In this document: one piece after another, positions 25,001 through 36,050 of the stretch
Layout of the letters: the number at the start of each line of letters is the position of its first letter
Position numbering within the stretch: the first letter of the stretch is position 1
NCBI RefSeq assembly: GCF_000002075.1
Contig: NW_004797516.1
Coordinates: 773,630 to 837,629, forward strand
Source: Aplysia californica
Taxonomy: Eukaryota
Direction of reading: 5' to 3'
Length of the DNA: 64,000 bases
Notes under the pieces: model-generated
The model's input: only the letters and a program-made list of their open reading frames with translations
What the model was told of the DNA's origin: nothing
Databases searched by the model: none
Position numbers and translations under genes: made by a program

Positions 25001-26071
25001 ATGGTCTGATAATATCACTTAACTTGTTTCTGATCTTAGTTTACTAAAATTAAGTCAAAATGCTCCACAAATTTTATGGGACATCAGAGCGTTTTTTTTC
25101 TTTTATTGGTTTTTTTTCCCCCCACAGTTTTAGACACTTTGTATTAAATAAAGAAAGTTTTAAGACCATTTTAAATGAAAAATATATACAGTATGAAGCT
25201 TCAAGGTTTTAATCTGATGAAATAAAAAAAGTTTGTTTGAGTTTTAGCTCAAGAGAAGAACATAGGTATACTAATTACAAAACATAAAATGAAATGAACA
25301 GAGCTTTAAGATTTTATTTGATGTAAATAGGAGCTTTAAAATCTGTATATTATTTTGATCCTTCAAGACTCTTGTCCCATCATATCTAGATCTAAATCAA
25401 ATAGGCCTTGAAAAAGATAATTTTCTAATAAAACTAAAGTTTTAAACTTTGAAAGAGTCTGTTTGATGCAAACTGAACAGGACCTGAATACCTGAAGACT
25501 TGATGTCTCTGAACAAGGCTAGCCCTTTGTTTAATAAAACAGGTATTAAAAATAATTAAGCATTGCACAGGGTTTGAACATTTTGTTTGACGTTTAGAAT
25601 GCTGTTTGCAGATTCTGTTTGTTGATAGAGAGAACAGGGTCAGTGAAGATTTTTTAAGGTAAAATAAAAAGATCTTGAAAACTTTATCTAATTTAATTGA
25701 TGGTGAGAAAGGAGTACATGTACAGTATCTTGAATCATTGATGTCAAGATCCATCAAAACAAAATACAGTGACAAGAGATGTCCAGTGAACTATTAATGG
25801 GACATAGAAAACCCCTCATCAATTGCACTACAACAATAATTTCTGGAACACCATGTAAGAACATCATGAAGTTACTCTACTCTGTATCACCACTCTATCA
25901 CTGGTGCTGGATCCTTGTTGGCCTGTTAATGTAAGCCATGGAAAATAAAGTAGGCTTGTGGTACATTTGTATCACTTTCATGCAGAAAGTGATAAAATTT
26001 GCCAGCAACATACTTACTCGTGTACAGCTCACCATGAAAACATGATGTACAAAATCAAAACTCAATTTTAA

Positions 26072-26773
26072 GGGGGGCAGCAGCTGAAGGCTATCTCGTT
26101 TATTAGTGGATCCAATGCTACCAAATTTCACAATATAACAAGAATAGTAAGGAGTCTTAAAATCCGCATTCAAATTTGAGGGAAAAAAATTTGTTTCCAA
26201 GGATACAGTGGCCATATTGGATTTTTGTGACATTTCTTACGTAATTAATACTACATTTATTTTTTAATGGATATAAATTGGGATTTTGTATGCATCTTGG
26301 CAAACAATAGATCTACAAATCTGAGTGATGAAATTTTCCTAAATGGACTAGAAAATGAAGTATTCACGTTTGCAAAAAATCAGAGAAAATCCACGATCCA
26401 AACACTACCAACAAAAAACTATTCCATATATATATATAAAAAATTCATCAAATAAAGTTTTAGTATTACATCTTTTCTTCATTCTGTGAAAATTTCATGA
26501 AGATTGGATGAAAAATGGTGGAGTTGTTTAAAAAAGTATACAGAAAAAAAACGTTTCAAGAAAACGAGCGATAAAGAAAAATAAAAGATGAACTTTATGA
26601 GGAAATGGTGGTGACAAACATGCCTGATATGCGAAGAAATATAAGGCTTTATGGGGTTCTTATATGATGAAATAGTTGTAAGAGAGGCTGAAGAAGTTAA
26701 AAATGCCTACAACTTAAACTTAAAATCTATAGTTTTGAGCTGAATCGGGACTTTCGGGGTGCCGCTGCCCTCC
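26072..26773. mobile_element. Kolobok-like MITE
   Basis: TTAA-GGGGGGCAGCAGC...GCCGCTGCCCTCC-TTAA. Confidence 0.65.
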
Positions 26774-29109
26774 TTAAAAAGAAAGATACACATATATATG
26801 ACATTTTATGCAGAATTCAATTCTCAAATCATCTACAGAAAGACAAAGGGGTGTATTATTTTAACAGTAAGGTGCAGACTGTAAGAAATTGTCATAAAGT
26901 CTACGTACTACTACAAGTTTTTTCAAAGCTAACATTAGAAATATTATATGTGTCACGACCGCGGGGGGGGGGGGGGGGGAATTTTGGGTGGGCATGTGGA
27001 GTTATAATAAAAAAATTTAATTATTTGCCTTGCTTTAAATGAAAAACAGAACCATCTGTCTTGAATAGAAGTCGAGATATTTGCAATTGAAGGAGGTGGG
27101 GGTCAGTGGTGAATTAACGAAAAAAATGGCCTCCAAAATTCGGTAACTTCAAAGATGGCTTGAGAGTCTTTTTAAACTGAAATATTACATATCTTATGCC
27201 TCTCATCAACGTTTTTCTGTGAAATTCACAGGGAAATGTGTGTTTTATATGACATAAAACGTGTTGAGTAAAAGAATAAAAATTCGATAAAAATTGCCAA
27301 ACTGGTGGAAAAATGCCTTAGATTTCTTTGATTACATTATTTTGACTAGCGCCTGTTTTCACCAAGATGACCGACATATTATAACACCTAAATTATAGCA
27401 ACAAGAAAAAGAAAAAAATATTGAGATAATTTTGTAAATCACAACATTTTCTTTCTTCCTGGAACATTGAGACCCCTGAGTATGAAAGAACCAGCATGCC
27501 TAAAATGACATAATTTAGAAATTTAGAGATCATGGGTGGGGGTACAGCTTTTTCAACTCAGCCTGCCATGGTTAGTCCAGGTTGGGTGGGCACTTCTCCA
27601 CAGAAAGATGGAGGCACCCAAAAGAATTTCTCCTCATTGCCTCTGACCAACATGACTCTATGACTGTGTTTGAGAGCATTATTTTTCTGCTGGATAGGCA
27701 ATTTTTATAGAATTTTTTTTTTTTGACTCAATACCCTTTATGACTATTAAAGAATATTCCCTGTGTGGATTTTATTGAAAAATGTTGATTAAAAACACAA
27801 AAAATGTAAAATTTCAGTACCCAAGGACTCATTAGCTGTTGAAGTTACCAAACTCAGGCCGCCATCATCTTGATAAGTTTACCTCTAAAACCAGGTGACC
27901 CCCACCTTCTTCAATCAGAAATACCTCGACCTCTATTCAAGATGCATGGACAGTTTTTTCATCAAATGCAAGACAAATGAACACGCTTTAACTTTAAGAT
28001 GATATCATTACCTCCAAATGGCCAAAAATTGACAAGCGCCCGATTCCCCACGCCGTGACACAAATGAAGGCTGAACAAATCATGTCGTGTAAAAGTCAAG
28101 GTATAAATCGTGTTAAGTCACAACACTTGATTGCAGTAGTTGAATGCCATGAAAATCAGTCACAATCATTATAACGATGCACAAAATTAAATCAATACGA
28201 AGGTATACAACCCTGGCAAGGAAAAAAAAAATCTAAATTGGAAATTAAAGAAATAAAGGCAAAACAATCATTTAAAAAAGCGAAGAAAACATCTGGTAAA
28301 ATGCCAAGTTAAATGTAATCTTCAGCTTCAATGTAGAAAGATGAGCAAAATAACAACAAGGCAAAAAAGAACGTCTTTAGCAGCTTCCCCAAATAGAATG
28401 TGCAGGTTCGGCCAATGTCAATCTTTTTACCTTTGCAATTTTCAATTCTTAAAACAACAATTTCAGTAATGGACAAAAAAAATAAAGACAACCTGATTTT
28501 TTAAAATGACATTGTACATATAGAACAGCATTCCCCTCGGGGCACACCAGTGGAATTTTTAGTAGCAGCGATGGTTCTCTGCCTAGCGCCTTATCACGTC
28601 GAGGTCACAGGGGTCAGCTCCCTGTTGCCGCTCCGTCTTGGCTGACTTAATTTTGGGTAGGCTACTTTTCAACTTAAAATTTCAGGTGTATTCTTGCATA
28701 TATGGTAATTATTATTTATTGCATTCAAAGCACGCATTTCTGCTCGAGACGCAAAAAAGGACGGACATTGTAACTTGTCTGGTTATTTCGTAAGATGCGC
28801 TGAAGTCGGCATTGCTAAATTGAGAATTTTTAGGACAAGTGTGTATGAAAAAAAATGTATTGAAAAAAAAAAACGGCTCGACAAAAAATGAGAAACTTTT
28901 GAAATATGAATGACATAACATTGTGATGGAGATACTCAGAAAAGATCGTATCTGCACAGATAATACAAAGCTGTAATTTTACGACACTATCCATCGGGAA
29001 CACAATTCGCTAAGAAATGATTCCTCCACATACAACTTCATGTGTCTAATACAATTCGCATATTTTCTTGAAATTTTATAAAAATGACCCTGTAGTCTCT
29101 CTATGAACA

Positions 29110-29490
29110 AGTAGTTAGTTTAGTTTTAGTAGAGGTTTTACGCGCTCGCAACTGCATAAGGTCATATGAGCGCCCAGGGGCAGATGTCAACAGAGAAGTC
29201 CTTACAGGGAATTCAATCAGACTTACTCTACTCACCTCTCTTGCTTGAACAGCACAAAGACTGCTTCGACTATCAAGACACCCCGGAAATAGTGCGTCAC
29301 AAGAGTGTGACAAACATACAAAAGAAGTAGAGGAAAAAAGATAATAGTAAAGATTAGGAAAAAAAAAAGGAGCAGTTCCCTGTTGTAGATCAGGCACAGT
29401 TATGAGCGTGACATTGATGAATCAGTCCATTTACAATTCTACTGTGCATGAACGAGAAATGTCCCCCCTTTGGGAATGGCCTAAAGACTT
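29110..29490 (-). mobile_element. Retroposon family B copy
   Basis: Similar to 55144-55540; slightly 5'-truncated. Confidence 0.8.
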
Positions 29491-30528
29491 GTGGGTTTTT
29501 TTTTAAAATCGAAAAATAAATATATATCTTTCTTAGTTGTATGTAGGCCGCCACAGGCACAGCGTGATTCATGAACATACGCAGAGGGCTTTTCTCTTGT
29601 TAATGGTAAAACAAGAGCCAACCCTGAGTCTTCAGTCAAAAAATTCAGATGTGCATCTTTTTCTCTTATAACTTGACTATTATTACTACCTGAGCAGATT
29701 TAAGATTTCTCAAGGTAAAAGAAATGGTATTCCTTGTCAGTTTAATACAGATTTTGGAAAGATCTGTCGAGCCATTATCAAATAAACAATCATTTATTTA
29801 TAAGTATGTAACTAAAATAGGACAAATTGGGTACTCTACAAACACTTGTCTACAACAAAAACTAACGAACAGAAATCAACCATTTAAATGCAGAATAAAT
29901 CTCAAGACATTGAGCTTCTAGTACATCAGTGTAATGGTTCGCTGTGTAGGATGGGGAAGAAGTTATATAGTTTCATTCATAGACAAAAATGTGAACTTCT
30001 TATCTGACACTAGCAGTCGTTTCAGGGTTCATTAACCCTGTGACCCTGAGCCTGGGAGCTCCGACGGGATGCTGAGTCAAGCTAACTAAAAGTAAAAGTA
30101 ACAGAATCGAGTGAAAAGTGATGCTGTGTCCCTGTGAAAATCAGGGCAGTAAGCTCACCAAGTACTTGCTGCGATTGAGAGAAATCAAACAGTGCCACCA
30201 CTCAAAACAAATCAATAAAAAAGGATGATTAGATATTTTGGAGCTATAAAAAAAGAAAGAAAAAAAAAGACAATGAAGATTTTTTCTTCGCTCTTCAATC
30301 AAAAATGGAACAGACAGAAATGCACACAAATGCAGCAATTTTTTAATTAAAGTTGAAGTGCTTCTATGGAGAGAGAACAGAGAGAATAATACTTTAAAGT
30401 CTTCTTTTAAAGGTGATTTGGCAGCAGTACCTGTATCACTTTGAGGGCCCCAAAACATTCCTTCATACTAACATAAAAGCAGAAAAACTATGTGATACAA
30501 TACAACAAACATACAAGCATATTTCTAA

Positions 30529-31593
30529 CTACTGCTTCACATGAGCACAGAGCGAGGGGAGAGGTTGATTGTGAGGAACCAAAAACGTCCCGGGACCTGT
30601 CAACAATGGTAAGACTTCTTCCAAATCCTTCGCCACAAGCCTTTCAGCATCATTGTCCTCATGTGAGAGTGGGTGGGGTGAGATGTGTGATGACCTTTGG
30701 ACAGAGGTAGTGAGGGTGGACAAGAAATGATCTGATGCTTGAGACTTGAGCTTTCGTTTATAGCTGGAGCCTCCACGTGTTTTGTTTTTGTACTGAAGCA
30801 GATATTCAGCAGCATCGTCTAAATTTTTGTGCTGGGTCTCCACATGGGACTTTAAAGAGTTGCTGTGTCGGAATTTTTTGCTGCAGTGCTGGCAGGCATA
30901 AGGGAAGCTGTTGTTATGGATAAGTAAATGCCGCATAAAATTTGCCCGGTGACCGAAGGCTGCAGGGCAGATCTCACACTTGTACCGTTTTTCACCAAAA
31001 TGCACGACGCGGCGGTGAGCAGCCATGCTGGGCTTTTGATTGAAACCCTGACCACAGAGATCGCATAAGTATTGTTCCAAACGAAGACATGATGGCATGT
31101 GTCTCTTTAGAGCACACTGTGTTGGGAAACGGTCGCCACACTGCTCACACACAAACTCTCTTGTCTCCGCGTGCACGGTGTGCAGGTGCAAAGTGACTGC
31201 CGAAAACCGTGAAGCGGTGAACTTGCACCCTTCCACACTGCAGAAAAACGGTTTCGGTGCCATATCCTGGTGAGTGGTAGCAAAGTGATTCCTAAGTTCC
31301 TTCTGAGTTTTCGCCAGGTACAGACAGATCCGGCATCGAAGGATGTGCTGCGCCTCATGTATGGTGTTCACGTGACGCGTCAGGTGCTGCCGTACAAAGA
31401 ACACGCGGTCACACATTTTGCAGGGGTATGTGGGATGGTTCAGCACGTGTTCATTGAGTTTGTACTCGTCATCAAACTGCAGCGAGCACTTGTCACATTT
31501 GTACGATATCTTCCTCTCACCATTCAGGAACAAATCTAAGTCAGTCTTCACATCCTCTGCCAGCACTGAGTCCACACTGGTTTCTTCTGATGT
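30529..31593 (-). CDS. BTB-zinc finger gene, last exon with 8 fingers (7 C2H2, 1 C2HC)
   Basis: Repeated CxxC-x12-HxxxH units; TCTCAG acceptor at 31594 in phase 0 with the 32383 donor; assembled CDS is 2469 nt, 822 aa. Confidence 0.92.
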   Translation of the reverse strand, partial: TSEETSVDSVLAEDVKTDLDLFLNGERKISYKCDKCSLQFDDEYKLNEHVLNHPTYPCKMCDRVFFVRQHLTRHVNTIHEAQHILRCRICLYLAKTQKELRNHFATTHQDMAPKPFFCSVEGCKFTASRFSAVTLHLHTVHAETREFVCEQCGDRFPTQCALKRHMPSCLRLEQYLCDLCGQGFNQKPSMAAHRRVVHFGEKRYKCEICPAAFGHRANFMRHLLIHNNSFPYACQHCSKKFRHSNSLKSHVETQHKNLDDAAEYLLQYKNKTRGGSSYKRKLKSQASDHFLSTLTTSVQRSSHISPHPLSHEDNDAERLVAKDLEEVLPLLTGPGTFLVPHNQPLPSLCAHVKQ

Positions 31594-32382
31594 CTGAGAT
31601 AGGGAAAGAATACACACAGATTATTTGTTTGTCTCAGTAAGCATTCTACGGCATTTGCAACACAATTAGGTCATATAAGAAGTGCTGAAGATTAGAGGGG
31701 CTACAACAGAGTAAAAAGTTGTTCCCGCATCCGATCCGGACATTGGGGATTGCCTTACTTCCTAGGCCTTCGGTATATTATGAGGGTGACCAGTTTCTAC
31801 ATATATATATGTTATAGAATACACTGAAGCTGCTTTTAAATTACCATAGTAAAGATTTTAATTATCTAAATCGGGAATACTTTGTGTCATGGGTCTTTAA
31901 AAAAATTAAAATGACATGGCACAACATGCAAGTCCTAAACTTTGTGTTTTGGAAAAAAATGCTTTAAACACAAACTCCCTAGTAGGAAGCTGAATCAGCA
32001 TCTATGGTATTGGTATTAGTCTGTTTAAATTCAGAAGGTGTAAATCCAGTAGGCTACATGCTATCATTGGGAATTTTTTTATAGCGCACATATCTGTCCA
32101 CAGAAAGATATCCCTCTTACTGCTCTCAGCCCAGGTTGACCCTGACAAGCAGAGTCAAAGCAATCTGCCTCCTAGATTATGATTATGTGAAAGCGCGTTT
32201 TAAAATTTCAATCGAGGAACTGAAAATGGTGGCTAAAATAAGCATCCATGTTAAAATATCTTCATGGGCCCAAAAAAATGAACGAACTTTAAAACACAAA
32301 CAAAAGAAACATTATAAGTAAAAAAAAAAAAGAACAATGGTATTTACTACAAAAATCTACTCTCCTTCATGAATGTTCTTAC

Positions 32383-33763
32383 CTGTACAGGTGTTACCAT
32401 GCTGCCATTCTTAGAAATTTCTGTAGTCTCTTTGATCCCCTTATTTGCTTTCTTTTGGCTTAACCCATCTGATCTTTTCTGCTTTCTCACCACATTGTTG
32501 TTCATTTTAAATGAAGCTTGAGGTTTGGAAGAGCCTTTTGCTAAATGTTTTTCATTAAGGGGAGAGAATGTGTTTACATCATGTTCAGCTTCAAGCAACT
32601 TAACAGGCAGACCACATGCTGTGTCTTCATCCTCACATGAGTCCACCATCTCTACTTTGATCAAGTCTTTCAAGTCTCCAAGAGACATACGAGGACTCGG
32701 GTCATGCCCATCTAAGTTGTCCATTGTGACAATAGTGTGACTAGTGGATGGCCCAGAACCCTTTTCCTCAAATGTCTCACAATTTCCTTCTTCCATAACC
32801 TTGGGCATTACTTGCTCATCTCCAATCTCTTTGTTTTTTGCTTTAATCTCTGTGCTGGGCAAAACTTCAAGAGAAACTTGTGGAATATCATTATGAACAC
32901 CTGACTCCTCCTCCATGACAATTGCCTTCTCTGTAAAAAGCCTGAGAGACTTTTCCTCAACTGGGTGTTTGCCTTGTTTCTTTCGTTTGATGATGTCTTG
33001 CAAATCTGAAAGACAAACACGAGGAAGCATGTGATCCACATCTGACATATTTCCTACAAACTTCTTGTTGGTCAATGTTTCTGCACAGTTCTCTTCAGCC
33101 GTTCGTCTTAGTTGTTCAACAGCTTGCTTCAGACACTTTTTCTGTACCTTACCCAACCGTAAACCTTTGAGAGACATGTCAGGATTCTTCCTGCTAACAC
33201 CCATTTCTCTTACTGAAGCAATTGTTTCCTTTTTCAACAACTGGATACATTTCTTTGTGACTGTACCATTCAACTGTTTTTTCTGTGCCTTCCGCTTTGA
33301 CGTACAATTTTCTTGAGCTATCATTTCAGGTTTAGGCATTGTAACCACTTTCTCTGAACCTTTGGCTTTGAGAAATTCTTCAACAGTCGGGCGGAGGTCC
33401 TCCACTTGAAACCAGTTAACAGCAGAGGAAATCTCTTTTAAGAGATCACATGGCGGAGTAAACACGCCACTGTAGAAAGAGGACACGATCACTTCGACCA
33501 CACTTAAGCTGTGAGGAACATTAATGGAGCGCAGACAGAAGTTGCCTTGCAAAGAGTCTGGCAACATTGAGCGAATTTTGAGACTGAAGGCTGCCATTAC
33601 GCATGAGTGAACTGCCAGCTGGTTCATACCCATACGTAAAATCAGATCACAGTTCGAACTTTCTTGGAACTGTGCCAATAGGTTGTTGCACAAAATGAGG
33701 CTATGATGAGGGATGCGCCAATTGTACTTGGTCGGCCCAAAGCTTGCCGTCTCAGAGGAGGAC
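32383..33763 (-). CDS. BTB-zinc finger gene, exon with BTB/POZ domain and long charged linker
   Basis: CDLILRMGMNQLAVHSCVMAAFS is a BTB signature; open 1381-nt exon; CACAG acceptor, CAG|GTAAG donor. Confidence 0.88.
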
Positions 33764-34182
33764 CTGTGTGAAGAAGTTTTAAAAGTTAGCTCTGTATCAA
33801 AAGAATTTGCTGATATTGTGATTCATTTCGAAACTTGTTTCTCTTGCACTTGCGCAGCAACTTAATCTGAATGTGAAAAGTATGAAAAGTAGGCTTATGG
33901 CTGTTATCAATTTACAATTACAATATTATCTGAGCGGGGTATTAGAGTTGTTAACAACTTAACCCTTTGTTGCTAGGGGATGCATTCCTACAGCCAACAA
34001 TGCCGATTTTCAGAGCAAACTCGTGACATAAAAGACCCAGGGTCTTCAATAGTGTCACAAGTTTCCTCTTTCCCTCCGACTCACCCATAATCAATAATTT
34101 AGAGAAAAAGTTTCAAATATATCTAAGTAAAATAGTGAAATTTGTTGCCAGTTTAGAGTCTTTTCGGGTGGTGTTCACGTCT

Positions 34183-34590
34183 TTTTTAGTTTTAGTAGAG
34201 GTTTTACGGCGCTAGCAACTAATAAGGTCATATGAGCATCAAGGGGTGGATGTCAACAGAGAGATCCTTACAGGGAATCAGACTTACTCTCCTCACCTCT
34301 CTAGCTTCAACAGCACAAAGTCTGCTTCAACTATCAAGGTACCCCGGAAATACATGTAGGGGGTCACAAGAGTGTGACAAACATACAAAAAAAGTAGACG
34401 AACAAGATGATAGTAAGGATTAGGAAAGAAAAAGCAGCAGTTCCCTGTTGTAGTTAAAGCACAGTTATGACTTATGAGCATGACATTGTTGGATCAGCAC
34501 ATTTACAATTTTACTGTGCATTAGAACGCGAAATGTGTCCCCTTTGGGAATGGCCTAAAGACACTTCAGTCAGTGGCACCGCCCCGGGGG
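34183..34590 (-). mobile_element. Retroposon family B copy
   Basis: Full-length similarity to 55144-55540. Confidence 0.82.
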
Positions 34591-34645
34591 TACACCAGTT
34601 CGTCTAAAGACAAGTAGACTAGACCCTTGACCTCTGTGTAAGTTT

Positions 34646-34998
34646 TCTTCTTCTTCTTCTATCCCGTGGTTGGGGCAACCGTGGGGGCACCACTGCATCT
34701 GAAAACCAGCTCTCGCCATCTATTTTTGTCTTCTGCTTTCCTCAGATTGTCACTCATCGTTTTTCCTGTCCACTCTGTAATGTTGTCCTCCAATCTCCTT
34801 CTCAGCCTTCCTCTCTTTCTCTTTCCTTGTACAGTTCCTTGCAGGACTGTTTTGTCAAGTCCTGTGGATCTTGTGACATGCTCATACCATTTTAATTTTC
34901 GTCTCTTCACTGTGGTCAGTAGATCTTCATACTGCCCCACTGCGTTGGTGATTCTCTTTCGTACCTCAGCATTTGAAACGTGGTCTTTGTATGAGATG
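34646..34998 (-). mobile_element. 5'-truncated RTE LINE 3' end with (GAA)n tail
   Basis: KRRKLKWYEHVTR...GKRKRGR; 11-bp TSD TGTGTAAGTTT at 34635-34645 and 34999-35009. Confidence 0.9.
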
Positions 34999-35047
34999 TG
35001 TGTAAGTTTACTCTTTGCTAAAAATTAGACCCGAGAGCTAGGCTTAC

Positions 35048-35070
35048 TTACACATTTTCATGATGGACAT
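35048..35070 (-). CDS. BTB-zinc finger gene, putative first coding exon (MSIMKMCK)
   Basis: ATG at 35070 and AA|GTAAGC donor give phase 2, matching the acceptor at 33764. Confidence 0.55.
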
Positions 35071-35810
35071 TTGCCTACCAGGTACGTCATACAAAATTTT
35101 AAAGGGGTATCTCATGCTAGGTAGGGTTAGGACTAAGACGAGGGAACATCAAATTGTGTTGAGATTCATTAGGCTAATGAATTGAATAATTATGAGTAAA
35201 TAACTTTAAAAAATGCAAAATCGTTACCCATACGTATATAATATACTACCATATAATATACCCGGGGAGAGAATAGAGGTGGCCTTCAAAAATCGTAAGG
35301 CAAAATAATTTTTTTTTTCTAAAGTCTACGGACGGCAAATAATCATCTAGATTTTAGATCTAGATATCTAGATATCTAGAATCTCTAGAATCTAAATTCT
35401 AATCGATTGGATGAAAATGAAGGGAATCGTTACTGAAGTTGATTTTCTAAGTCGTAAGTTAATGTCCCACTCATGGTTAATCACGGGTAAAAACTCGCAA
35501 ACACTCGTTTTTAGGGGATGTTTTTCAACACAAAGAGGACATTTTTTAAATTTTAGAATATGTCTTAACCTTGATAACTCCATTGCTGAATCCAAAGACA
35601 CTGAATTCATACTCAGTAGATCTAGATGCCTTAAAGTGTTCAAAATCGCTTCATATCACTGCAGCAATAAAACGGTTCCATTTCGCCCGATTTATTTATT
35701 TATTATTACCGGCGACGTTACTCTCGTTCACGCTTGTTTCAAATTTTCATTCTAGTCTCCCCTTGCGTATCTTCCCAAAGAGGTTATAATAGTACTAGAG
35801 GTCGTAGCTG

Positions 35811-35818
35811 TGACGTCA
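35811..35818. promoter_or_regulatory. Consensus CRE (TGACGTCA) in the putative BTB-ZF promoter
   Basis: Perfect palindrome in a CpG-richer patch about 740 bp upstream of the proposed ATG. Confidence 0.45.
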
Positions 35819-35866
35819 CCTACGTAAACCCATTGTGGCTCTGCGGGCCTACTCGGCTCGCTTTGT

Positions 35867-36050
35867 TGTTTGTTTTAGTAGAGGTTTTACGGCGCTCGCA
35901 ACTGCATAAGGTCATATGAACGCCAGAGGATAAGAGGTGTTACAAGAGAGTAACAAACATAAAAAAGAACAAGCGGAGATAAGGATAAGGACGATAGATG
36001 TTTGATAGGAAAGAAGAAGCAAACCACACCAGAGCACCCGCCAACCACCC
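35867..36050 (-). mobile_element. Retroposon family C, about 185 bp
   Basis: 16-bp TSD ACTCGGCTCGCTTTGT at 35851-35866 and 36051-36066; degenerate copies near 14926, 17098, 37965 and 40080. Confidence 0.88.

Noticed and set aside
28555-28665. snRNA or spliced-leader RNA because of an Sm-like AATTTTGG and GC-rich sequence
   Set aside because: No convincing match to the U1, U11 or U12 sequences I recall; more likely a transposon terminus.
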